DNA from: an uncultured Clostridia bacterium | Lineage (GTDB): Bacteria > Bacillota > Clostridia > Oscillospirales > Acutalibacteraceae | NCBI GenBank assembly: GCA_905235625.1 | Contig: CAJOLX010000001.1 | Span: forward strand, 38,587 to 102,586 | Direction of reading: 5' to 3' | DNA: 64,000 nucleotides | Shown here: piece after piece, positions 54,941 through 64,000 of the stretch | How positions within the stretch are numbered: the first letter of the stretch is position 1 | Layout of the letters: the number at the start of each line of letters is the position of its first letter | The notes under the pieces: generated by a model | The model's input: the letters and a program-made list of their open reading frames with translations, nothing else | Told to the model about the DNA's origin: nothing | Database searches by the model: none | Made by a program: the position numbers and the translations under genes

Positions 54941-56164
54941 ATGAAAGAGATTAAAAAAGTTGTTTTGGCATATTCCGGCGGTCTTGACACCTCGATAATT
55001 ATTCCCTGGCTTAAGGAAAACTACAATAACTGCGAGGTTATCGCCGTTTCGGGCGACGTAGGTCAGGGCACCGAGCTTGACGGCCTTGAAGAGAAAGCTA
55101 TCAAGACCGGCGCTTCCAAGCTCTATATTGAAGACCTTAAGGATGAATTTGTTAACGATTACATTTTCCCGACCCTTAAAGCCGGCGCGAAATATGAAAA
55201 GAATTACCTTCTCGGCACCGCTTTTGCCCGTCCTCTCATAGCTAAGAGACTCGTTGAAATCGCTAAAGCGGAAGGCGCCGACGCTATCTGCCACGGCTGC
55301 ACCGGCAAGGGCAACGACCAGGTAAGATTTGAGCTTGCCATCAAAGCGTTCGCTCCCGATATGCAGATTATAGCTCCCTGGAGAATTTGGGACCTTAAAT
55401 CAAGGGAGGAAGAAATCGACTACGCCGAGGCTCACAATATTCCTCTTAAAATAAACCGCGAAACAAACTATTCCAAAGATAAAAACCTTTGGCATCTCAG
55501 CCATGAGGGGCTTGACCTTGAAGACCCCGCAAATGAGCCTCAGTATCTTAAGCCCGGTTTCCTTGAAATAGGCGTAGCTCCCGAGCAGGCTCCCGACAAG
55601 CCCGAATACGTTACCATTCATTTTGAAAAGGGCGTTCCCACAGCCGTTAACGGCAAAGAAATGGGCGGCGTTGAGCTTATCGAATACCTTAACGACGTCG
55701 GCGGCAAAAACGGCGTAGGCCTCGACGATATAGTCGAAAACCGTCTTGTCGGCATGAAGTCCAGAGGCGTTTACGAAAATCCCGCAGGTTCAATCCTTTA
55801 CAAGGCTCACGACGTGCTCGAAACCCTCACTCTTGACAGAGACACCATGCATTATAAAGAGATAGTTTCTCATCAGTTTGCCGAGCTTGTTTATTTCGGC
55901 AAGTGGTACACTCCTCTCAGAGAGGCACTTTCCGCTTTTGTTGACAGCACTCAGCAGACTGTTACCGGCGACGTTAAGTTAAAGCTCTACAAGGGCAATA
56001 TCATCAACGCCGGCGTAACTTCACCCTACACCCTTTACAGCGAAGATTTCGCAACCTTTGACGCCGATGACGTTTACGACCAGAAGGATTCCGCAGGATT
56101 TATAAACCTCTTCGGTCTTCCTCTTAAGGTCAAAGCGATACTTGACGAGCAGAGAAACAGCTGA
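54941..56164 (+). CDS. argG: argininosuccinate synthase
   Basis: 407 aa; ..[11 protein letters not shown].., ..[15 protein letters not shown].. Confidence 0.95.
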   Translation: MKEIKKVVLAYSGGLDTSIIIPWLKENYNNCEVIAVSGDVGQGTELDGLEEKAIKTGASKLYIEDLKDEFVNDYIFPTLKAGAKYEKNYLLGTAFARPLIAKRLVEIAKAEGADAICHGCTGKGNDQVRFELAIKAFAPDMQIIAPWRIWDLKSREEEIDYAEAHNIPLKINRETNYSKDKNLWHLSHEGLDLEDPANEPQYLKPGFLEIGVAPEQAPDKPEYVTIHFEKGVPTAVNGKEMGGVELIEYLNDVGGKNGVGLDDIVENRLVGMKSRGVYENPAGSILYKAHDVLETLTLDRDTMHYKEIVSHQFAELVYFGKWYTPLREALSAFVDSTQQTVTGDVKLKLYKGNIINAGVTSPYTLYSEDFATFDADDVYDQKDSAGFINLFGLPLKVKAILDEQRNS

Positions 56165-56182
56165 TTATACGGAGCTTTTATT

Positions 56183-57490
56183 ATGAAACTTTGGGCAGGA
56201 CGTTTTTCAAAAGAAGTCGATAAAAGAACCAACGATTTCAATTCCTCGATATCAACCGATTCAAGAATGTATCGTTATGATATTACGGGGAGTATGGCGC
56301 ACGCCTCGATGCTTGCCGCCAAAGGCATAATTTCCGCCGAAGACGGCAAAAAGATAACCGACGCTCTTGCCGATATCATGGCGGATATAGACGAGGGCAG
56401 GCTGCTCATTGACCCCAACGCGGAGGATATTCACACCTTTATCGAGCAGACCCTTACCGAAAGAATAGGCGACGCGGGCAAACGCCTTCACACGGGCAGA
56501 AGCAGAAACGACCAGGTCGCTCTCGATATTAGGCTCTATCTCAGAGACGAGTGCGGCGAGGTCATAAAAGAGCTGAATGAGCTCATAGATACGCTCAGCG
56601 CGAAAGGCGACGCTTACGGCGATGCGATAATGCCCGGTTATACCCACCTTCAAAAAGCTCAGCCCATAACGTTTAAAGCTCATCTGACGGCTTATACCGA
56701 GATGCTCAAGAGAGACGTCGGCAGGGTAGAGGACGCCGCAAAGAGGATGAATTATTCTCCTCTGGGCTCGGGCGCTCTCGCAGGCACCACTTACCCCATT
56801 GACAGGGCAATGACCGCAGAGGCTCTCGGCTTTGACGGATACACGCTCAGCACTCTTGACGGCGTTTCCGACAGGGATTTTTGCATTGAGCTTGCCTCCG
56901 CTTTGTCGCTTATTATGGTTCACCTTTCAAGGCTCAGCGAAGAAATAGTGCTCTGGAGCTCATGGGAATTTAAATTCATCGAGCTTGACGATGCTTTTTC
57001 AACCGGCTCAAGCATTATGCCGCAAAAAAAGAACCCCGATATTCCTGAGCTCGTAAGAGGCAAAAGCGGCAGAGTTTTCGGCGACCTAATGACCCTTCTC
57101 ACCGTTATGAAAGGCTTGCCGCTTGCGTATAATAAAGATATGCAGGAAGATAAAGACGCGATTTTTGACGCTTTCGATACCGTTAAAATCTGCCTTACAA
57201 CGCTGATACCAATGATAGATACCATGAAGGTGCTGCCCGAGAATATGAGAAAGGCAGCCGCGGGCGGATTTATAAACGCCACCGATTGCGCCGATTATCT
57301 CGTTTCAAAAGGTCTGCCCTTCAGAGACGCCTATAAAGCTACCGGCGAAGTCGTCGCAGCCTGCATTAAAGCCGGCAAAACCCTCGAAACGTTTTCAATA
57401 GACGAATATAAACAGATATGCGATAAATTCGACGAAGGCGTCTACGAAGCGATCAAACTCGAAAACTGCGTCAAACGTCGCGGAATGTAA
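56183..57490 (+). CDS. argH: argininosuccinate lyase
   Basis: 435 aa; ..KLWAGRF.., ..TGRSRNDQVA.., ..GSSIMPQKKNPD.. Confidence 0.95.
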   Translation: MKLWAGRFSKEVDKRTNDFNSSISTDSRMYRYDITGSMAHASMLAAKGIISAEDGKKITDALADIMADIDEGRLLIDPNAEDIHTFIEQTLTERIGDAGKRLHTGRSRNDQVALDIRLYLRDECGEVIKELNELIDTLSAKGDAYGDAIMPGYTHLQKAQPITFKAHLTAYTEMLKRDVGRVEDAAKRMNYSPLGSGALAGTTYPIDRAMTAEALGFDGYTLSTLDGVSDRDFCIELASALSLIMVHLSRLSEEIVLWSSWEFKFIELDDAFSTGSSIMPQKKNPDIPELVRGKSGRVFGDLMTLLTVMKGLPLAYNKDMQEDKDAIFDAFDTVKICLTTLIPMIDTMKVLPENMRKAAAGGFINATDCADYLVSKGLPFRDAYKATGEVVAACIKAGKTLETFSIDEYKQICDKFDEGVYEAIKLENCVKRRGM

Positions 57491-57504
57491 TTTACAAATA
57501 ATAA

Positions 57505-57540
57505 TAAAAAAATCCTGCCGATGCCGTCGGCAGGATTTTT
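57505..57540 (+). terminator. rho-independent terminator
   Basis: aaaaaaatcctgccg / cggcaggattttt. Confidence 0.75.
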
Positions 57541-57620
57541 AACTTTGCATATTTGTGAATAAAGGCAAATTGTAAAATGTAGTTAGATTGTAAAACGTAT
57601 TATCTCATTGCTTTTCGTGA

Positions 57621-59096
57621 TTAACCTATCTCCATTTTAAAGCAAATGGGTAAGTCGTTATCAAAGTCACCCTTTGTATTTATTTCAAGATATTCGTCGG
57701 TTCTTATGAAATCAAGCTTTTCGTCACTGCCGAGAAGCTTTATGCTTTCAATGAGATAATCGTGAGGATTGTGCTTGCGGAGTGTTTTTATTCTTACCGT
57801 TTTTGACGGACGCATCTGAAAAACGTAAAGATATCCGTCTTTGTATGTAAATCTGAAATCTTCATTCGTAAACTGCTTTTCATCATTGTCTTTGAAAAAG
57901 CCGTCTTCGGCATTGACATTGCCTTCACCGAACTGTTTCCAGAAGGTTGTGCCGTAGATACCTTCACCGTTAATCTCAAGCCATTTACCCATCGTGAGAA
58001 GAACCTCGGTTTCTTCATCGGTAATTGTGCCGTCGGGCTTGGGGCCGATATTGATAAGCAGGTTACCGTTCTTTGATACTATGTCAACAAGGTCGCAGAT
58101 TACCTGTCTTGCGCTTTTAAATTCGTTATCTGTTACGTAACCCCAAGATTTCTTGCCGATAGCTGTATCCGTTTGCCAATAGACGGGTGAAATTCCCGAG
58201 AGAGCGCCGCGCTCAACATCAAAAGTTGCAACGTTAGGAGGGAAAGCCTCGTGCTTATAGTTTATAGTTACTTCTTTACCCCATTCTTCGGCTCGGTTGT
58301 AATAGTAAGCGGCTAACTTTTTAAGATACGGTTTGAAGCTGTGATTATGAATCCACCAGTCAAAATAAAGCACTGACGGCTGATATTTATCAACGATTTC
58401 ACAAGTGCGTACAAGCCAATCCTCAAGCCATTCACGGCTTGCGCCTGTTGAATACGTATCGGCAGTTGTGATATGAATGACTTTTGGGTCGAATTCTTCA
58501 CAATATACTGCAGGACCGTAAAAATCACGGTAATTGTCATCGTTTACGTCGCTGTCGCAAAGTCTGCCGGGATTCATAAAGAAGTAGTGCTCGGCTCTGT
58601 GAGTTGATGCGCAGAGGGTAAGCCCCTGCTTTTCACATTCAGCCTTTAACTCACCCACAACATCGCGACAAGGTCCCATGTTTTTTGAATTCCAACGGTT
58701 AAATTCCGTTTCATACATAGCGAAGCCGTCATGATGCTCCGCAACGGGCATAACGTATTTTATACCCGCTTTTTTGAAGAGGGAAACCCATTCGTAGGCA
58801 TCAAACTTTTCTGCCTTGAACATAGGTATAAAATCTTTATAACCGAAATCCTTCTGCTCGCCCCAAGTCATTCTGTGATGCTCAAATTCACGCGCGTTTT
58901 TGTCGTACATGCTTCTTGAATACCACTCGTTGCCGAAAGCGGGCACAGAGTATACGCCCCAATGGATGAACACTCCGAGCTTATCATTCATATACCATTC
59001 GGGAACCTTATGATGAGAAAGTGACGCCCAATTTGCTCTGTATTTACCGTTTTCGTTTACTTCATCAATGAGCTTTAAATATTCTTTTGTTGTCAT
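57621..59096 (-). CDS. alpha-L-fucosidase (GH29)
   Basis: Start MTTKEYLKL (ATG 59096 after AGGGAG); ..GVFIHWGVYSVPAFGNEWY.., ..VAEHHDGFAMYET.. Confidence 0.88.
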   Translation of the reverse strand: MTTKEYLKLIDEVNENGKYRANWASLSHHKVPEWYMNDKLGVFIHWGVYSVPAFGNEWYSRSMYDKNAREFEHHRMTWGEQKDFGYKDFIPMFKAEKFDAYEWVSLFKKAGIKYVMPVAEHHDGFAMYETEFNRWNSKNMGPCRDVVGELKAECEKQGLTLCASTHRAEHYFFMNPGRLCDSDVNDDNYRDFYGPAVYCEEFDPKVIHITTADTYSTGASREWLEDWLVRTCEIVDKYQPSVLYFDWWIHNHSFKPYLKKLAAYYYNRAEEWGKEVTINYKHEAFPPNVATFDVERGALSGISPVYWQTDTAIGKKSWGYVTDNEFKSARQVICDLVDIVSKNGNLLINIGPKPDGTITDEETEVLLTMGKWLEINGEGIYGTTFWKQFGEGNVNAEDGFFKDNDEKQFTNEDFRFTYKDGYLYVFQMRPSKTVRIKTLRKHNPHDYLIESIKLLGSDEKLDFIRTDEYLEINTKGDFDNDLPICFKMEIG

Positions 59097-59310
59097 AATT
59101 ATTGCTCCCTTTAACGCTTGCTGCAAGGCAAATATTTCATATCAAAGATATTTCAACGAAGTATTGCCTGAAAACCTACAAAATTTTATTTGCGCTTGTT
59201 ATATTATATAACATATGTTTTAATATCACAATACGTTTATGTTATGTGATGTGTTCCGATTTCACGCGCAAAGCGCACATCATGTTCCGCTTGTGCGGAA
59301 CACATCATTC

Positions 59311-59350
59311 AAAAAAGCGCCTTTTGTCGGAAGACAAAAGACGCTTTTTT
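59311..59350 (-). terminator. terminator hairpin 3' of tRNA-Ser
   Basis: aaaaaagcgccttttgtc / gacaaaagacgctttttt, symmetric with A/T runs on both sides. Confidence 0.7.
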
Positions 59351-59352
59351 CT

Positions 59353-59445
59353 TGGCGGAGAGTAAGAGATTCGAACTCTTGATACCGTGTTTGCAGTATA
59401 CACGATTTCCAATCGTGCTCCTTCGACCAGCTCGGACAACTCTCC
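59353..59445 (-). tRNA. tRNA-Ser (anticodon GGA), long variable arm, CCA encoded
   Basis: Reverse complement GGAGAGTTGTCCGAGCTGGTCGAAGGAGCACGATTGGAAATCGTG...AAGAGTTCGAATCTCTTACTCTCCGCCA; anticodon loop TTGGAAA. Confidence 0.9.
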
Positions 59446-59469
59446 GTATCTGTCAAATAATGCTTTGTT

Positions 59470-59498
59470 ATTATAATCGAGAAGAGCGAAAAAATCAA
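59470..59498 (-). promoter_or_regulatory. sigma-70-type promoter of tRNA-Ser
   Basis: Minus strand reads TTGATT, 17 nt, TATAAT, about 24 nt upstream of the tRNA 5' end. Confidence 0.6.
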
Positions 59499-59543
59499 GA
59501 GTTTTTTTAAATTAAAATAAAATTATTTCGGCGCGGCGGCGAA

Positions 59544-60833
59544 TTACTGCCCGTCGCCTATGAGAACGTCGATATTCTTTTCCATAAGGTCAAAGAATTT
59601 TGAAACCGTCTTTTTATCCTCGTCGTTGCCGCGAACGCACATTGAGAGAGTGAGCTCGTTTCTCATTGACGTTGCGGAAAGCAGCACGTAAGGCTTGTAT
59701 TTCACGGCGCCGCTCATAAATCCGCCGACAGGCTCGTGGCCCTCGAGCGCAAGCTTATCGACCTCAAGAATGCCTATATTGCTCATGGCGATATAAGGGT
59801 TGGAATAGCCGATTTTGATTATTTCTTCGCTTGCTGCGTGGGGCATTATTTTGTAGCCGAGCGAGAGCAGGGGAAGGCCGTAAAGCCCGAGATATTTATC
59901 CTGCTTAAACTGATTGGCGCTCCTTATGGAATATTGCAGGGTTTCAAATATATCCCTGCCGAGCTCCGGTATTTTGCACTGCATCCAGGCGGTGTGATTG
60001 GTAACGCCCATATTTTCGGTGTCTTTCACATGGCGGCGAAGGTCAACGGCGCACGAGATGCTCACGCTTTCGCTCCTGTCAAAGCCGGCAAGCTCATAAA
60101 GGCTGTAAAAATAAGCAGCCATCAGCATATCGTTTATAGTGGCGCCGTATTTTTTGCCCTCCGTTCTGATTTTAACAAACTTCTCGGCGGGTATTACCTT
60201 GCGCGCTATGAAAGAGCTGTCTTCCTTTGAGCTCTCGGAAAGAGGGAAGCGGTGATCGTCTTTTTTGTTTATGTTTCTGTAAAGGCTTTCGGCTGCCTTT
60301 TTATCGTTGGCGGAAAGGTCTTTATATATTGTTTTATATGACCTTGAGCCCTGCCTTAAATCGAGAGGGCTTGTGCCGTTTGCGATATAATCATTGTAGT
60401 TTTTGCAAAGCGCTTTCAAAAAATATTTGAAATCTCCGCCGTCCATGCACATGTGGTTTTCAATTATGCAAAGCGTTGATTTGCCGTTATATCTGAATAC
60501 GCAGGCTTTCATCTGCAGCTCGCCGTCGGTGGGCAGGCACTGAGTGAGGAATGCGTCAACCTCTTCGCGCTTATCCTTTTCGTCAATATCCTTAACGGTC
60601 AGCACTTCGTCGATGTTATATCTGTTTACCGTCCAGTAAGGTCTCACGTGATTGTCGGTAAAGGATGAGTGAAACACGGGGCATTTTTCAAAAAAGCAGA
60701 TGAGCACCGTTTTGAGAGCGCGGATATTTATGTCATAGTCATATTCAAGCTCAACGTGCACCATCCTGTCGTTGAAATCACGGAAGAGATAGTGCATTTT
60801 ATCCCAAAGCTCGGCGTTTAATTTTCTTTCCAT
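59544..60833 (-). CDS. stand-alone condensation-domain/WS-DGAT/PapA5-like acyltransferase (CAT superfamily)
   Basis: 429 aa; catalytic-type motif NHMCMDGG (HxxxDG, 60438-60455) at the position expected for C-domain-like enzymes; RBS GGAGGA. Confidence 0.6.
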   Translation of the reverse strand: MERKLNAELWDKMHYLFRDFNDRMVHVELEYDYDINIRALKTVLICFFEKCPVFHSSFTDNHVRPYWTVNRYNIDEVLTVKDIDEKDKREEVDAFLTQCLPTDGELQMKACVFRYNGKSTLCIIENHMCMDGGDFKYFLKALCKNYNDYIANGTSPLDLRQGSRSYKTIYKDLSANDKKAAESLYRNINKKDDHRFPLSESSKEDSSFIARKVIPAEKFVKIRTEGKKYGATINDMLMAAYFYSLYELAGFDRSESVSISCAVDLRRHVKDTENMGVTNHTAWMQCKIPELGRDIFETLQYSIRSANQFKQDKYLGLYGLPLLSLGYKIMPHAASEEIIKIGYSNPYIAMSNIGILEVDKLALEGHEPVGGFMSGAVKYKPYVLLSATSMRNELTLSMCVRGNDEDKKTVSKFFDLMEKNIDVLIGDGQ

Positions 60834-61636
60834 TCGCTGTCGTCCTCCGTTTCCTCAAGCTCTTTGTCTTTGTTGTGAATGCTTATCCTAATCATAATTA
60901 CCGCGAGCACTATGATGAGAGAAGCGGGTATCATTATCCAGCCGGGATGCCAGGGGATAATGTTAAGAGCGGAAAGTATGATATAAAACATCGCCGCTGC
61001 CGGCACGATATACGCGATGTGGAAAAATATGGCAAATCTCTCGGCGGCTTTCTCGGCGTAAATGCCGTCCGCCGTCATCATTGCGAGCACGGCAAAAATG
61101 TAAACGAGCCATGCGCCCTTAACTGAAAAGATGACGGTAAGCACGAGGAATATTATCGTTGCGTAAATGAAAATATTTAAAGCAAGCAAAATTCTCGAGA
61201 GGGGATGAAACACGCTGCGCCTTTTTGTGAGAGCGCCTATCGAGAGGAACATTAGATAGGTTACGTAAACGAGAACCGCGCCGGTGATAAACACCCAGGT
61301 TCTGTTCCACGCGTCGGTCAAAAAGCTTATGCCGAGGTAGATTACTGCGGCGGCAATGAAATAGAGAACGGAGCCTATCACTCTCAAAACGGCGGTGTGG
61401 CTCTTTCTCTTTTTTGCTTTAAGCTCTCTTTGCTCTTCTTTATATTCTTCTTTTATATCGGGGTGCTCGCTTACGATAAGGTCATAAATAACGTTTTCGT
61501 CATCAAGGCCCGAATGAGTCAGTTCATTCGCTCTGTCGGTCAGCTCGGCAACAAGATTTTGTTTGAATTTGTAAATGCTTTCTCTTTCCTGCTCTGAGTC
61601 AAAAGCGGCGTCGATGTAATCGATGATATTTTTCAT
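60818..61636 (-). CDS. polytopic membrane protein with a soluble helical N-terminal 'permease-prefix'-like segment
   Basis: 272 aa; the N-terminal ~90 aa are charged/helical (..ELTDRANELTHSGLDDENVIYDLIVSEHPD..), followed by about 6 TM helices; overlaps the downstream acyltransferase gene by 16 nt. Confidence 0.5.
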   Translation of the reverse strand: MKNIIDYIDAAFDSEQERESIYKFKQNLVAELTDRANELTHSGLDDENVIYDLIVSEHPDIKEEYKEEQRELKAKKRKSHTAVLRVIGSVLYFIAAAVIYLGISFLTDAWNRTWVFITGAVLVYVTYLMFLSIGALTKRRSVFHPLSRILLALNIFIYATIIFLVLTVIFSVKGAWLVYIFAVLAMMTADGIYAEKAAERFAIFFHIAYIVPAAAMFYIILSALNIIPWHPGWIMIPASLIIVLAVIMIRISIHNKDKELEETEDDSEWKEN

Positions 61637-61768
61637 TTTGTCGCCTCCTTACCTTTCATATTACCATTTTTTTCTGTTTTTGTAAATATTCAACATAACA
61701 GTTAATGATTTTTTTACATAATCACAGATAAGGAGAGCTTTTTTACGGTAATGTTCGTTCTTGTTTTG

Positions 61769-61795
61769 TTAGCACTTAAACGCAAAGAGTGCTAA
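61769..61795 (+). promoter_or_regulatory. CIRCE element (HrcA operator)
   Basis: TTAGCACTT-N9-GAGTGCTAA against consensus TTAGCACTC-N9-GAGTGCTAA; about 96 nt upstream of htpG. Confidence 0.85.
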
Positions 61796-61890
61796 AATTC
61801 ACAATCTGTTCATATTCAATACATAAAAAGCAGCAAATAAAGACTTATAATGTCCACATTGAAAATCTCAATGAGGAAAGGTGATTTCTA

Positions 61891-63780
61891 ATGAAAAAGA
61901 AGCATTTTAAGTCGGAATCAAAGAGATTGATGGATTTAATGATAAACTCCATCTACACCCATAAGGAAATATTTTTGAGAGAAATAATTTCCAACTCTTC
62001 CGACGCGCTTGATAAGCTCTATTTCAAATCTCTTACGGACACTTCCGTCGGTCTTTCCGCCGATGAATTCGTAATTGATATTGACCTTGACAAAGATAAC
62101 AGAACCATTACCGTTTCCGATAACGGCATCGGCATGACCGAAGAGGAGCTTGACTCCAACCTCGGCACTATTGCAAAAAGCGGCTCTTTCGCATTCAAGG
62201 ACGAAAACGAAAAAACCGACGATATTGACATTATCGGTCAGTTCGGCGTAGGCTTTTATTCGGCGTTTATGGTGAGCGATAAGGTCACCGTTATATCCAA
62301 GGCTTACGGCAGCGATAAAGCTTATAAGTGGGAGTCCGAAGGCGTTGACGGCTACAGGATAGGGGAGTGCGAAAAGGATTCTTTCGGCACTTCGGTTATC
62401 ATGCACCTTAAGCCCGACACCGAAGACGATGATTATTGCAAATATCTTGACGAATACAGCGTTCAGTCGCTCGTTAAGAAATATTCCGATTATATCCGCC
62501 ATCCCATCCGCATGGAAATGACGAGAACCGTGCTTAAAGAAGGCACCGAAGACGAATATGAAGACGTTGCGGAGCTCACCGTGCTTAACAGCCGCATACC
62601 CATTTGGAAAAAGAGCAAGAGCGAAGTTACAGATGAGGAATATAACGAATTTTATAAAGAGAAGTTTTATGATTTTGAAGACCCCATAAAGGTTATCCGC
62701 TCAAGCGTTGAGGGCAGCGCAACCTATACCTCGCTTTTGTTTATTCCCACTCACGCGCCTTACAATTACTACAGCAAGGATTATGAAAAGGGACTTTCTC
62801 TCTATTCAAAGGGCGTTTTGATAATGGATAAATGCCCCGATTTGCTGCCCGATTACTTCAGCTTCGTTAAGGGCCTTGTTGATTCGGAAGACCTCTCGCT
62901 CAACATCAGCAGAGAGATGCTGCAGCACGACAGCCAGCTCAGGCTCATTTCAAAAACGGTTGAGAAGAAAATCAGAACCGAGCTTGAAAAAATGCTGCGC
63001 GACGAGCGTGAGAATTACGAGAAATTCTTTGAATCCTTCGGCGTTCAGCTCAAATTCGGCGTTTACAATGATTTCGGAATGCATAAAGACGACCTGAAAG
63101 ATTTGCTTCTGTTTAAGTCTTCTTACGAAAAGAAGCCCGTTACCCTCAAGGAATATGTTGAAAGGCTCAAAGAGGACGATAAGTTCATTTATTACGCAAC
63201 CGGAGAAACCGTCGAAAAAATCGAAATGCTGCCTCAATATGATTCCGCTGTAAGCAAAGGTCTCGAGGTGCTGATGCTCACGGAGTACGTTGACGAATTT
63301 GTCATTAAGACTCTTATGGAGTATGAGGGCAAAACTTTTGTTAACGTTTGCGACGAAAACTTTGATTTAAGCACAGACGAAGAAAAGAAAGCCATTGAAA
63401 AAGAGAATAAGGATAATTCCGAGCTTCTCGGCAAAATAAAGGATTCTCTCGGCGGCAAGGTGAATGACGTCAGATTTACCAACAAGCTCAGCGGGCATCC
63501 GGTTTGCCTCACCAGCGAGGGCGAAATTTCACTCGATATGGAAAAAACCATCAACTCTTTGCCCGGCGCTCAGGGCAATCAGGTCAAAGCGACCGTTGCG
63601 CTTGACATAAACGTTGAGCATCCCGTAGCTCAAAAGCTCAAGGATATTTACGCCGAGGCTCCCGACGAGCTCGAAAAATACGCAAAGCTGCTTTACGGCG
63701 AGGCTTGCCTCATTGCCGGCAGGTCGATTGACGACCCGGTTGAGCACAGCAAGCTTGTTTGCGAATTTATGAGCAAATAA
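61891..63780 (+). CDS. htpG: molecular chaperone HtpG (Hsp90)
   Basis: 629 aa; ..LMINSIYTHKEIFLREIISNSSDALDK.., ..GQFGVGFYSAFMV.. Confidence 0.95.
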   Translation: MKKKHFKSESKRLMDLMINSIYTHKEIFLREIISNSSDALDKLYFKSLTDTSVGLSADEFVIDIDLDKDNRTITVSDNGIGMTEEELDSNLGTIAKSGSFAFKDENEKTDDIDIIGQFGVGFYSAFMVSDKVTVISKAYGSDKAYKWESEGVDGYRIGECEKDSFGTSVIMHLKPDTEDDDYCKYLDEYSVQSLVKKYSDYIRHPIRMEMTRTVLKEGTEDEYEDVAELTVLNSRIPIWKKSKSEVTDEEYNEFYKEKFYDFEDPIKVIRSSVEGSATYTSLLFIPTHAPYNYYSKDYEKGLSLYSKGVLIMDKCPDLLPDYFSFVKGLVDSEDLSLNISREMLQHDSQLRLISKTVEKKIRTELEKMLRDERENYEKFFESFGVQLKFGVYNDFGMHKDDLKDLLLFKSSYEKKPVTLKEYVERLKEDDKFIYYATGETVEKIEMLPQYDSAVSKGLEVLMLTEYVDEFVIKTLMEYEGKTFVNVCDENFDLSTDEEKKAIEKENKDNSELLGKIKDSLGGKVNDVRFTNKLSGHPVCLTSEGEISLDMEKTINSLPGAQGNQVKATVALDINVEHPVAQKLKDIYAEAPDELEKYAKLLYGEACLIAGRSIDDPVEHSKLVCEFMSK

Positions 63781-63826
63781 ACCTTGTTTGCGTTAAAGCC
63801 GAAAACTTAATATTCCGTTGTAACAG

Positions 63827-63857
63827 ACAGGGCGCGAGTGTAAAACTCACGCCCTGT
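63827..63857 (+). terminator. terminator hairpin after htpG
   Basis: acagggcgcgagt / actcacgccctgt stem; T-run about 8 nt downstream. Confidence 0.55.
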
Positions 63858-64000
63858 TGCCGATTTTTTAACGGTTGATTTTTAATAAGTTAATCGCGGT
63901 AAGTCACTTGCTGTTTTCGGTTTTAATCAGAAAACAATGTCTTGATTCATCGCAAATGAGTAATTCATATCCAATGTGGCTGAAAAGATTTCTGCTTCTG

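Noticed and set aside
63858-64000. Possible start of another gene or element at the right edge.
   Set aside because: There is too little sequence to judge: no ORF in the track and no recognisable motif.

Overview
This is a densely packed 64-kb chromosomal segment of about 50% GC. It holds roughly 55 CDS, and many neighbouring genes are joined by 4-nt start/stop overlaps. The gene content looks like an anaerobic, glycan-degrading Firmicute of the Clostridia type: class III RNR, PyrK/PyrD type 1B, PyrB/PyrI, a CIRCE operator, GH29/GH78 enzymes and GPH sugar transporters. I see no integrase, transposase, phage, CRISPR or recognisable defence genes, so most of the window is ordinary core genome. 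Recognisable blocks: nrdG, then nrdD and a TrxR-like gene; an FGGY kinase with a FucI-like isomerase; a Mn riboswitch with a P-type ATPase; pyrC-K-D-F-E-B-I; cca, a FemAB-family gene and an HD-domain gene; an OmpR/HK pair; manA; an ABC-F ATPase; a GH78; rsmI; an aminotransferase with trpS; argGH; htpG; and three tRNAs (Gly-UCC, Arg-UCU, Ser-GGA). Regulatory sites readable from sequence are NrdR boxes, a yybP-ykoY riboswitch, a PyrR-type binding loop, ARG boxes and a CIRCE element overlapping the htpG promoter. The items most worth a second look are: (1) NrdD carries a C-terminal CxxC redoxin-like domain and is followed 1 nt later by a thioredoxin-reductase homologue that lacks the NADPH HRRxxxR motif, which suggests a dedicated non-NADPH reductant chain for the anaerobic RNR. 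(2) An unclassified, strand-specific structured leader of about 170 nt with terminator, antiterminator and anti-antiterminator logic lies upstream of a secreted Thr-rich protein next to a barnase-like RNase. (3) A 600-bp noncoding region next to tRNA-Arg contains tandem tRNA-fragment relics and an array of short hairpins. (4) Two divergent GPH-like permeases are each translationally coupled to a membrane-anchored surface protein. (5) A stand-alone condensation-domain acyltransferase is paired with a polytopic membrane protein. All functional calls come from motif recognition by eye; no database searches were run.
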